Under the pieces are notes generated by a model, which was given only the letters and a program-made list of their open reading frames with translations, searched no databases and was not told the origin of the DNA. A program made the position numbers and the translations under genes. Shown piece by piece: positions 19,967 through 28,345 of a DNA stretch of 64,000 nt. This DNA comes from an uncultured cyanobacterium (GTDB taxonomy: Bacteria; Cyanobacteriota; Cyanobacteriia; PCC-6307; Cyanobiaceae): assembly GCA_963765575.1 (NCBI GenBank), contig CAVXWZ010000011.1, positions 640,001 through 704,000 of the forward strand, given 5' to 3'. Numbering within the stretch: the stretch's first letter is position 1; every line of letters starts with the position of its first letter.

Positions 19967-20989
19967 TTGCCTGTGCCCGTGACCGCCACCGCGCCCGTTG
20001 CCGCCACCCCTGGCCTGGTGATCCGCCACGACTGGAGCCGCCCTGAGATCCAGGCCCTGCTGGAGGCGCCGCTGATGGATCTGCTCTGGCAGGCCCAGCA
20101 GGTGCATCGCGCCGCCAATCCGGGCTATCAGGTGCAGCTCGCCTCGCTGCTGAGCGTCAAGACCGGCGGCTGCGAGGAGGACTGCGCCTACTGTCCCCAG
20201 TCGCTGCACCACAGCGCCGATGTGGCCGGACGGCCGGAGCTGGAGGTGGAGCCGGTGCTGGCGCGGGCCCGGGCGGCCAAGGCCGCCGGTGCCCACCGCT
20301 TCTGCATGGGCTGGGCCTGGCGCGAAATCCGTGACGGCGCCCCCTTCGAGGCGATGCTGCAGATGGTGCGCGGCGTGCGCGCGCTGGGCCTGGAGGCCTG
20401 CGTGACCGCCGGCATGCTCAGCGACGCCCAGGCCGCCCGTCTGGCCGAGGTGGGCCTCACCGCCTACAACCACAACCTCGACACCAGCCCCGAGCACTAC
20501 GAGCGCATCATCAGCACCCGCACCTACCAGGAGCGGCTCGAAACCCTGGAGCGGGTGCGGCGCGCCGGGGTGACCCTCTGCTGCGGCGGCATCATCGGCA
20601 TGGGCGAGGCGCTCAGCGACCGGGCCGGGCTGCTCGAGGTGCTGGCCAACCTCGATCCCCACCCCGAGAGCGTGCCGATCAACGCCCTGGTGGCGGTGGA
20701 GGGCACGCCGCTGCAGGAGCAGCCGCCGCTGGATCCGCTGGAGCTGGTGCGGATGGTGGCCACGGCCCGCATCCTGATGCCCAGCAGCCGCGTGCGGCTC
20801 AGTGCCGGCCGCGAACAGCTCAGCCGCGAGGCCCAGATCCTCTGCCTGCTGGCCGGCGCCGATTCGATCTTCTACGGCGACACCCTGCTCACCACAGGCA
20901 ACCCCGATGTGGCGGCGGATCAGGCCCTGCTGGCCGCCGCTGGCGTACGGGCCTGGCAGCAGCCAAGCGAGCCCGCCCGCTGCAGCTGA
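19967..20989 (+). CDS. bioB: Biotin synthase
   Basis: [15 protein letters not shown] radical SAM motif, YNHNLDT, ESVPIN, VRLSAGR. Confidence 0.96.
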   Translation: MPVPVTATAPVAATPGLVIRHDWSRPEIQALLEAPLMDLLWQAQQVHRAANPGYQVQLASLLSVKTGGCEEDCAYCPQSLHHSADVAGRPELEVEPVLARARAAKAAGAHRFCMGWAWREIRDGAPFEAMLQMVRGVRALGLEACVTAGMLSDAQAARLAEVGLTAYNHNLDTSPEHYERIISTRTYQERLETLERVRRAGVTLCCGGIIGMGEALSDRAGLLEVLANLDPHPESVPINALVAVEGTPLQEQPPLDPLELVRMVATARILMPSSRVRLSAGREQLSREAQILCLLAGADSIFYGDTLLTTGNPDVAADQALLAAAGVRAWQQPSEPARCS

Positions 20990-21954
20990 TGGGCAAGGGC
21001 GTCACGGTGGCCGCCTTCTACCGCTTCGCGGCATTGGAGCCGGCCGAGCTGCCGGCCCTGCGCCAGGGGCTGCTCACCTGCGGCGCGGCCGGCGACGTGA
21101 AAGGCACGGTGCTGCTGGCCCCCGAGGGGGTGAACGGCACCGTGAGCGGGCCGGCGGCCGGGGTGGAGGCCTTGCTCCAGGCCCTGCGGGCGGATCCACG
21201 GCTCCAGGCCCTGGAGGTGAAGGAGGCCGCCGCCCCGCAGCAGGCCTTCCACCGCTTCAAGGTGCGGCTCAAACGCGAGATTGTCTCGATGGGCGATCCG
21301 GGGCTGCAGCCCTACCTCGCGGCCCCGGTGGGCACCCATGTGGATGCGGCCGGCTGGGATGCCCTGATCGCCGACCCCGGCACGTTGGTGGTGGACACCC
21401 GCAACGCCTACGAGGTGGCCCTGGGCAGCTTCGAAGGCGCCATCGATCCGGGCACCGCCAGCTTCCGGGAGTTCCCCGCCTGGGTGGAGCGGGAGCTGAG
21501 GCCCCTGGTGCAGGAGCGCCGGCCCCGGGCGATCGCCCTGTTCTGCACCGGCGGCATCCGCTGTGAGAAGGCCACGGCCCACCTGCTGCGCCAGGGTTTT
21601 GACGGGGTGCACCACCTGCGGGGCGGCATCCTGCGCTATCTGGAGGAGCGGCCCCAGCTCGGCAGCTCGTGGCGGGGCGAGTGCTTCGTGTTCGATCAGC
21701 GGGTGGCGGTGAACCACCGGCTCGAGCCCGGTGAGGCCAGCCTCTGCCATGGCTGCCGCAGGCCGCTCACGGCCGCCGATCGCCAGCTGGCCTCCTATGT
21801 GGAGGGGGTGAGCTGCCGCCATTGCGCCGACCAGCGCGGTCCGGCCGACCGGGCCCGCTTCGCTGAACGCCAGAAGCAGATCGGCCTGGCCCGGCAGCGG
21901 GGGGAGCCCCACCTTGGACGGGCCTTCGCACCGCCGCCTCCAGGCGTTGACTGA
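20989..21954 (+). CDS. trhO: Rhodanese-domain tRNA U34 hydroxylase (TrhO/YceA)
   Basis: EGVNGT, DTRNAYE, FCTGGIRCEK, GGILRY, W.GECFVFDQR. Confidence 0.88.
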   Translation: MGKGVTVAAFYRFAALEPAELPALRQGLLTCGAAGDVKGTVLLAPEGVNGTVSGPAAGVEALLQALRADPRLQALEVKEAAAPQQAFHRFKVRLKREIVSMGDPGLQPYLAAPVGTHVDAAGWDALIADPGTLVVDTRNAYEVALGSFEGAIDPGTASFREFPAWVERELRPLVQERRPRAIALFCTGGIRCEKATAHLLRQGFDGVHHLRGGILRYLEERPQLGSSWRGECFVFDQRVAVNHRLEPGEASLCHGCRRPLTAADRQLASYVEGVSCRHCADQRGPADRARFAERQKQIGLARQRGEPHLGRAFAPPPPGVD

Positions 21955-22993
21955 GCCCCCACTGGTGCTCTACAGCTTCCGCCGTTGCCCCTATGCGATC
22001 CGGGCACGGCTGGCCCTGGCGGCCGCCGGTCTGGCGCCTGGCCCGGGGCTGGAGCTGCGGGAGGTGAGCCTGCAGGCCAAGCCGCCGGAACTGCTGGAGG
22101 CGTCGGCCAAGGCCACCGTGCCGGTGCTGGTGGGCCCCGGAGTGATCGAGGAAAGCCTGGCGATCATCCACTGGGCGCTGGATCAGGCCGACCCCCACGG
22201 CTGGCGGGCCGGCTGGTCGCCCGCCGATCGGATTGCAGCCGATGCCCTGATCGCCGAGAACGACGGTGTGTTCAAGCAGCACCTGGATCGCTTCAAGTAC
22301 GCCGCCCGCCACGGCCCCGAGGGCGAGGCGGAGCGCGAGCAGCACCGCCAGGCGGCCCTGGCGATCCTGGAGGTCTGGAGCGGGCGGCTGCAGGAGGGCG
22401 GCTGGTTGCTGGGATCCCGGCCGTCGCTGGCGGACTGGGCCCTGCTGCCCTTCGTGCGCCAGTTTCGTCTCGCCGACCCCGAGGGTTTTGACAGCCTCAG
22501 GGGCCTGGAACCCCTGCAGGCGTGGCTGGGCCGCTTCCTGGTGAGCGACGCGCTGGCGGCGGTGATGGCACCCCCCTGGGCCAGCCGCCAGCCCTGGCGC
22601 TCTCTCCGCTGGCTGTATCACCTGGCTCTGCAGCCGGAGTGGCAGGCGGCTCAGGGGTCCGGGAGCTACCGGCGCTCCACCCGCGGCCGCAGCCTCGAGC
22701 AGGAGGGCTTCATCCACGCCAGCTACGCCCACCAGGTGGACGCCACGGCCCAGCGCTTCTACGCCGATGCAGGCCCGGTGGTGCTGCTCAGCCTCGATCC
22801 CGCTGCCCTGGAGCAGGCCGGGGTGGCCGTGCGCGCCGAACCGGCCCCGGGCAATGGCGAGCTCTTCCCCCATCTGTATGGGCCGCTGCCGCTGGCGGCG
22901 GTGCTGCGGGCTGAGCCCTGGCGGCCCCCCCCTGAGCCCGCCGTGCCCGAGGGGCGCCCTGAGGTGAGCCTTGGGGGAGCAATGCCAAAGTGA
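21947..22993 (+). CDS. Glutathione S-transferase fused to DUF952
   Basis: LYSFRRCPYAIRAR, ATVPVL, ESLAI, LADWALLPFVRQF then YHL..W, EGFIHAS, FPHLYG; TTG 21947. Confidence 0.85.
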   Translation: MTEPPLVLYSFRRCPYAIRARLALAAAGLAPGPGLELREVSLQAKPPELLEASAKATVPVLVGPGVIEESLAIIHWALDQADPHGWRAGWSPADRIAADALIAENDGVFKQHLDRFKYAARHGPEGEAEREQHRQAALAILEVWSGRLQEGGWLLGSRPSLADWALLPFVRQFRLADPEGFDSLRGLEPLQAWLGRFLVSDALAAVMAPPWASRQPWRSLRWLYHLALQPEWQAAQGSGSYRRSTRGRSLEQEGFIHASYAHQVDATAQRFYADAGPVVLLSLDPAALEQAGVAVRAEPAPGNGELFPHLYGPLPLAAVLRAEPWRPPPEPAVPEGRPEVSLGGAMPK

Positions 22994-23052
22994 AAGGCCG
23001 CCTGCAAACGGTCATGCCCGAGACGAACGACAGCGGTTCCGAGAGGTCGCGC

Positions 23053-23136
23053 ATGATCGGAACCCTGCTGGTGTTGGGGTCGGTCAGCGGGCTGGCCGTG
23101 GTGGTGTGGTCGATGATCTTGATGCTCGATCTCTAG
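23053..23136 (+). CDS. Putative 27-aa single-TM small protein
   Basis: MIGTLLVLGSVSGLAVVVWSMILMLDL; GAGAGG ends 6 nt before the ATG. Confidence 0.45.
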   Translation: MIGTLLVLGSVSGLAVVVWSMILMLDL

Positions 23137-23256
23137 CCTCTGAAGGCCTCCAGCTTCACTCTCCCTGGAGGCCTGCCCGGTGGCTGGGAGACGGGCCGCC
23201 AGCCGCTTCCGCCCTTAGGTTGTCGCCAATCAAGCCCCCGCTGGAGCCAGACCCGC

Positions 23257-23862
23257 ATGGATGTGATCGACGCCATCTACGCCCGGCGCTCGGTGAAGCA
23301 GTTCGATCCCTCCCACCGGCTCACGGCTGAGGAGGAGCGGCAGCTGCTGGAGGCGACGATCCAGGCGCCCTCCAGCTTCAATATTCAGCACTGGCGCTTT
23401 GTGATCCTGCGGGATCCGGCCCTGCGGGCCACGCTGCGCCAGGAGTACGGCAACGACCAGGCCCAGATCACGGATGCCTCGCTGCTGGTGCTGTTCACGG
23501 CTGATCTGAAGGCCTGGGCGAAACAGCCGGAGCGCTACTGGGTGAACGCCCCCAAGGAGGTGGCTGATCTGCTGGTGGGCTGGATGGGCCCCTTCCACGA
23601 GGGCCGCGAATGGCTCCAACGCGATGAGGCCCAGCGCTCGATCGGCCTGGCGATGCAGACCCTGATGCTCGCCGCCACCGGCATGGGCTATCAGAGCTGC
23701 CCGATGATCGGCTTTGAGATTGAAAAGGTGGCTGAGCTGATTCACCTGCCGGCCGACCATGTAATGGGTCCGATGCTGGCCATCGGCAAGGGCACGAAGG
23801 AACCCTGGCCCAAGCCGGGCCAGCTGCCGCTGGAGCAGCTGGTGGTGGAGAACGGGTTCTGA
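23257..23862 (+). CDS. Nitroreductase family protein
   Basis: RRSVKQFD, QAPSSFNIQHWRFV, LMLAA..GY.SCPMIGF. Confidence 0.93.
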   Translation: MDVIDAIYARRSVKQFDPSHRLTAEEERQLLEATIQAPSSFNIQHWRFVILRDPALRATLRQEYGNDQAQITDASLLVLFTADLKAWAKQPERYWVNAPKEVADLLVGWMGPFHEGREWLQRDEAQRSIGLAMQTLMLAATGMGYQSCPMIGFEIEKVAELIHLPADHVMGPMLAIGKGTKEPWPKPGQLPLEQLVVENGF

Positions 23863-23894
23863 TCGCCCCAGCTCGCTCATCACGCTGGGCCTGC

Positions 23895-24061
23895 GGCTGA
23901 AGCCTGTCCGCTTGGACGCATGCCGCGCAGATCCCCCCGCCGGTCGCAGACGGATACGCCGAGACTGGTGGCAGGCGATCGAAGTGGTGCGGGCAACTGG
24001 GCGATGTTCCCTGGAGGTGGGCCCGGGGGGCTTCTGTATTCGTTTACGCAGGGTGTTATCG
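23895..24061 (+). mobile_element. Degenerate attC-like site 1
   Basis: CAGATCCCCCCG (23928) pairs with CGGGGGGCTTCTG (24024); right arm TTCGTTTA-CGCAGGGT-GTTATCG; left core lost. Confidence 0.35.
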
Positions 24062-24066
24062 GGTCC

Positions 24067-24219
24067 GCATAACATGTTTGGCGAGAGGACGGCAGCTCAA
24101 CAATCGCTTGCACTCACAGGCTTTTCCTCGTTGCTGTTCCTACCTTCGATGCTTATGCTTATGCTGCCAGTGAATGCCTTGATCGGGTGGTTCGCGGATC
24201 CGCCTAAGCATTGTTAGCT
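24067..24219 (+). mobile_element. Partly degenerate attC site 2
   Basis: GCATAAC-ATGTT-TGGCG ... CGCCTA-AGCATT-GTTAGCT (24213); its GTTAGCTG is complementary to CAGCTAAC at the far end of the next cassette. Confidence 0.55.
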
Positions 24220-24258
24220 GCACAGGAAGGCCATGCTCGGTATCATCGGAGTGATGGC
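24218..24258 (+). promoter_or_regulatory. Putative cassette-internal promoter with operator
   Basis: CTGCAC-17 nt-TATCAT (24241), embedded in imperfect palindrome GCCATGCTCGG..CGGAGTGATGGC. Confidence 0.5.
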
Positions 24259-24269
24259 TGTGATCACGG

Positions 24270-24503
24270 ATGCCGACAGTCCTCAGAAGCGGCCCGTACA
24301 GGTTCTACTTCTACAGTCACGAACCCAACGAGCCTCCTCATGTCCATGTTGACAGAGATCAGGCGTCATGCAAAGCCTGGCTCGCACCGGTCGCACTTTC
24401 CTCAAGCCTTGGTTTTAAGGCCAAAGAGCTGCGTGAGATTGAACGGCTAGTCAGCATGAACCGAGCTATCCTGCTGAAAGCATGGGAGGAGTTTCATGGC
24501 TGA
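24270..24503 (+). CDS. DUF4160 family protein (putative TA component)
   Basis: MPTVLR.GPYRFYFYS.E..EPPHVHV..KAWL..AWEEFHG. Confidence 0.85.
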   Translation: MPTVLRSGPYRFYFYSHEPNEPPHVHVDRDQASCKAWLAPVALSSSLGFKAKELREIERLVSMNRAILLKAWEEFHG

Positions 24504-24756
24504 CCCAGGCCAGCGTGTCACAGACGTTGCCTCGACAGAGGACAGGCTCACTGTCGACCTAGCTGATGGACGATCCATCTCGGTGCCTTTGGCTTGGTAT
24601 CCGCGGCTTCTGCATGCCACCTCTCAGGAGCGTGAGAATTGGGAGATTGCTGGGGCTGGCTATGGAATCCACTGGCCAGATATTGATGAGGATTTAAGTG
24701 TGGAAGGCCTACTTCGCGGAGCGCCAGCGTCCCAGGTCAAGACACTGGTCAGCTAA
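24496..24756 (+). CDS. DUF2442 family protein (putative TA component)
   Basis: LTVDLADGRSISVPLAWYPRL..AT..GYGIHWPDIDEDLSVEGLL; 8-nt overlap with DUF4160 gene. Confidence 0.88.
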   Translation: MADPGQRVTDVASTEDRLTVDLADGRSISVPLAWYPRLLHATSQERENWEIAGAGYGIHWPDIDEDLSVEGLLRGAPASQVKTLVS

Positions 24757-24840
24757 CACCGCCATGCACCAGAGCCGCCACCTAGAGGATTGCATCTGCA
24801 TTCCCAACTCTGTGCGGCCAGGTGATGGCGAGTGTTAGCT
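24751..24840 (+). mobile_element. Integron attC site (intact)
   Basis: AGCTAAC-accgc-CATGCACC ... GGTGATG-gcgagt-GTTAGCT: R''/5-nt spacer/8-nt L'' and 7-nt L'/6-nt spacer/R' with one extra base; upstream stop TAA lies inside R''. Confidence 0.85.
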
Positions 24841-24879
24841 GGGCGGGAATCTCTTCGAATCAACCAACCGGAAGATCAG

Positions 24880-25542
24880 ATGACCAGCTATGTGCAAATT
24901 TTGACCGCACTGAGTATTGGCCTATTTGGAGTTTTCGGAACTCCGAAGCTATTGAGCGCTGCTGAGCAGATCCCAGTCACGGCCATTGACATCTTGCTGG
25001 ACCCGGACGCCACGATGCTTGACCGGGCCCGAGATAACAACGCCCGATTGCTCAAGGTCTTCCCAAAAGGATTTGCCTTGGATGCAGCGTACCACCTTCA
25101 TATCACACTAGTGTAGCGTTTCGTGAATACGACAGATCTTGTTAAACTTATACCGCCACCGGTAAGGTCTTTGCCCGTGCCAACATCTAGGGCATGAAGC
25201 TGGAGGCGTTCAAGTACTACTACGCCACGGGCGGGGAAATGGGTGTTGCCCGGATTGTTGCCAGGTCAACGCCTGAGTTGCTCAAGCTGCAGCAGGAATT
25301 GATCGCCGCCGTGGCCCCGTTCACGGTGGTAACCGGACCGATTGGCGCGTTCAGCGCATCCCACGGCGATCCTGCCACCGATGCAATTCTCATCAACTAT
25401 GTGTCCACCTTCGTTCGGAAACAATCCGGCGAGAACTTCAGTCCGCACGTCAGCACCGGCGTCGCTCCCAAGAACTACCTTGACAATATGCTCGCCGAGC
25501 CGCTACAAAAAAGCTAAAGGGATGGAACTTAAAATCCTGTGA
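24880..25542 (+). pseudogene. Disrupted exported 2H-phosphoesterase-like protein
   Basis: Signal-like N-terminus, HITL and HVST motifs split across frames; TAG at 25114 and 25188, frameshift near 25150, further break near 25500. Confidence 0.7.
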
Positions 25543-25550
25543 CGCTTGTC

Positions 25551-25613
25551 ACGACGGCAATCAAGCCGATGCACAGAAGTGAAGACTTCCGGGTGAACCG
25601 TTGATTACCGCGT
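25551..25613 (+). mobile_element. Degenerate attC-like hairpin 4
   Basis: CGGCAATCAAGCCGATGCAC-AGAAGT-gaag-ACTTC-CGG-GTGAACCGTTGATTACCG; lacks canonical AAC/GTT core. Confidence 0.35.
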
Positions 25614-25899
25614 CCAGTAGCGATGAGCGCAACGCCTCATCCTTTGCTTCAGCCGACCTGCTACAGCTGGCTTCATAACCCTGCGCAGGGGGCAGAGCTC
25701 AAATGCTGGGGCAGTTTTCAAAACTTCCAGCGATCTTGATCGGCTCGTTCCGCTTCCCGAGGGCAGCCTCGGCCATGGCGACGCCCACCGCCTCAAGACC
25801 ATGGTGCGTTCCCCCCTGGCGGTGACCCAGATCGTTGGCGGCGGTGCTGGCGGCCAAAAGGTGCTGGCGGCCCGAGCATGGGGAGCAGCGCAGAACACG

Positions 25900-26958
25900 A
25901 TGGTGAATCCTTCCCGTGGCCCGGAACGGCTGGTGCGCAGCGGCCAGTGGCTGATCGCCCTGCTCTTCGCCTATTTCCTCATCCAGGTGGGCGGGGCCCT
26001 GATCGCCGACCTGCCGCTGCTCTCCAGTCCGCCCCAGCTGGAGCAGTTTCTTGACCAGCCGCGCCTTGCCGAGCTGGAGGCCGAGTTGCAACCCCTGCAG
26101 GCGCGGCGGCAGGGGCTGCAGGAGGAGGCCGATCGTCTGCGCGAGCGACAGCAGCAGGCGCAGGAGGCCTACGGGCGGGAGCAGGCCAGCTTCGAGACCT
26201 GGCGTTCCACCCGCTCCGCCACGGCCCAGTCCGACCAGAACCCGGAGGTGATCGCCCGGGCCCGCCAGCTCGATGGGCTGTTGCGGCAACAGCAGCAACG
26301 CAGCACTGAGCAGGCGGAGATCAGGGCCCAGCTGCGGGTCGTGCAGGCCTCGATCGCGCCGCCCCAGGAGCAGCTTCAGCAGCTTCGGGCCGAGGCCCGT
26401 GAGCGCTGGCAGCGGGCCCGACAGGAGGCGGAGCTGCGCTCCTTCGGCATCCGTCTGTTGTTTGTGGGGCCGCTGCTGGCCCTGGCGCTGTGGCAGTTCC
26501 GCCGCTTCCGCCGCAGCGACCAGTGGCCCTTCGTGTGGGGCTTTCTGCTGTTTGGCCTGTACGCCTTCTTTGTGGAGCTGGTGCCCTACCTGCCCAGCTT
26601 CGGGGCCTACATCCGCTACGGCGTTGGGGCGCTACTCACATTCCTGGTGGGCCGGGCCCTGATCCGCTGGCTCAACGCCTACCTGGCGCGCAAGCAGCGG
26701 GAGCAGGCGGCGCCCCAGCAGCAGCGCCAGCACGCCATACGCTACGAGAAGGCCCTGCAGGCCCTGGGGCGCAGCCAGTGTCCGAGCTGCGAGCGCAACC
26801 TGCCGCGCCGCGAGGGGGGGCTGCCCAACTACTGCATGCATTGCGGCCTGCAGCTGCAGCACGACTGCCGCCAATGCGGCTTCCACCATTACGCCTGCTT
26901 TCCCTACTGCCCCAGCTGCGGCCATCCCGCAGAGGTGGCCCCGGAGCGGCCGGCATGA
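25900..26958 (+). CDS. Membrane protein with coiled coil and double zinc ribbon
   Basis: N-terminal TM, Q/E/R-rich coil, three TM segments, CPSC/CMHC/CRQC/CPSC. Confidence 0.85.
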   Translation: MVNPSRGPERLVRSGQWLIALLFAYFLIQVGGALIADLPLLSSPPQLEQFLDQPRLAELEAELQPLQARRQGLQEEADRLRERQQQAQEAYGREQASFETWRSTRSATAQSDQNPEVIARARQLDGLLRQQQQRSTEQAEIRAQLRVVQASIAPPQEQLQQLRAEARERWQRARQEAELRSFGIRLLFVGPLLALALWQFRRFRRSDQWPFVWGFLLFGLYAFFVELVPYLPSFGAYIRYGVGALLTFLVGRALIRWLNAYLARKQREQAAPQQQRQHAIRYEKALQALGRSQCPSCERNLPRREGGLPNYCMHCGLQLQHDCRQCGFHHYACFPYCPSCGHPAEVAPERPA

Positions 26959-27467
26959 CCGCGGCACCGTTGGCCGCCCTGCCCACCCTGGCCGGGCTGG
27001 AAGCTGAAGCCCGGCGCCGGGATCTGTTGCTGCGGCTGCAGGTGCAGCGTCGTGCGGGGCTGCTGTGGAGCCTGCGGGTGGGGGTGGCGCGGCCGCAGCC
27101 GCTGGAACTGCTGGGTGAACTCAAGGGCTGGGCGCTGCCCACCGCCGCCGGCCTGCGGCTGGACACGATGCGGGTGCAGGGGGAGCGCACCGCAGCGGTG
27201 GGGGCGCTGATCTGGGCCGCCACCTTCGCCTGGGCCCTGGAGGCCACCCCCTGCCGGCGGGCGCGGCTGCTGGCGATTCGCGACCACGAGCAGCAGCACC
27301 GACGCCTGGTGCGCTACTTCCGCCAGCTGGGCTTCACGCCGCTGCGCCACCTGGGCGCCGGAGCGGCCGACCTGGCTCCCCGGCTGCTCTGGGGCGGCGC
27401 TGGCCTGCTGATGGAGGGCGACTGCGCCGAGGGCCTGCGGCGCAGTGCCCGGCGGCTGGGGCCATGA
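26955..27467 (+). CDS. Conserved cyanobacterial hypothetical protein (possible GNAT-like fold)
   Basis: ATGA coupling; LRLDTM, LLAIRD..QHRRLVRYF..GF, LLWGGAGLLM. Confidence 0.7.
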   Translation: MTAAPLAALPTLAGLEAEARRRDLLLRLQVQRRAGLLWSLRVGVARPQPLELLGELKGWALPTAAGLRLDTMRVQGERTAAVGALIWAATFAWALEATPCRRARLLAIRDHEQQHRRLVRYFRQLGFTPLRHLGAGAADLAPRLLWGGAGLLMEGDCAEGLRRSARRLGP

Positions 27468-27480
27468 CCTCCCGGCGGCG

Positions 27481-27975
27481 TCAGGGGGCCAGGGGCGCCC
27501 AGGCCATGGTGGCGTTGAACTGCTCGCACCAGATGATCACCGAGCCATAGTCGGCCAGCTCAAAACCGGCGGGCAGTTCGTAGGTCTGGGCACCGGTGAC
27601 CTCCCGCAGGGGGGCGATCACGGTGTAGGTGCCCTCCTGCAGTGGGTAGGCCGGCGGCGGGCTGCCGGCGAGAGGGTCGGCGGTGCGGCCGAAGGTGACC
27701 TTGAGATCGGGCGCCTGGGGGCTGGTGCTGAAGTCGTCGCTGAGCACCAGCAGGGTGCGCTGGCCCTCGCGGCGAATCGTGAAACCACCCCGCACAGGCT
27801 TCTCGGCCTCGCGGAAAACGCCGCTGTGGAGCTCCTTGGCCGGCTTCTCGGCCATGGCCACCGCTGGGGCGGCGGCATCCGTGGCCGGGGCGGATCCCTG
27901 CTGGGAGGCCGTGGCGCAGCCGGTGCCGCCGAAGGCCAGGGCGAGCGAGAGCAACAGGGCTGGACGGGGAGACAT
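27481..27975 (-). CDS. DM13 domain protein, probable lipoprotein
   Basis: Signal peptide ending GTGC; APDLKV, GAQTYELP, SVIIWCEQFNA. Confidence 0.85.
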   Translation of the reverse strand: MSPRPALLLSLALAFGGTGCATASQQGSAPATDAAAPAVAMAEKPAKELHSGVFREAEKPVRGGFTIRREGQRTLLVLSDDFSTSPQAPDLKVTFGRTADPLAGSPPPAYPLQEGTYTVIAPLREVTGAQTYELPAGFELADYGSVIIWCEQFNATMAWAPLAP

Positions 27976-28345
27976 GGACACGGGAGAGCGGTCGACTGCT
28001 ATCCATCTACAGCCGAACCGCCCCGATGGATGGGAACGCCCGCCTGCTCGCCAGGCCCTCAGCGCTGCCCCAGCAGCTCCTGCCAGCTGGGGGGCGGCTC
28101 GGCGGCAGCGCCGGGGATGGTGAAGGAATCGAGCGGCAGGGCGCGAGCCGCGAGGCTGCAGCAGGGTCCGCTGAATGGCCAGGGCGGCAGGTCGAGGGGC
28201 TGGGGAGCAAAGTCGCGCATGGGTACGCCGCAGGCCCCATCAGGCTGAACGCAACCGGCTGTGGGCCACGGCTGCCTGGATGGCAGCGCGAGGGTGTCGC
28301 CGGGCACAGGGCCCTGTCACTCAGGGGCACCCGCCAGGGCGGAGA

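Noticed and set aside
23912..24217. 101-aa ORF spanning the attC-like sites
   Set aside because: Atypical composition, overlaps palindromic sites, no recognisable domain.
28059..28220. Possible 53-aa ORF MRDFAPQPLDLPPWPF between the NmrA-like and DM13 genes
   Set aside because: No recognisable motif or RBS; cannot be supported without a homology search.
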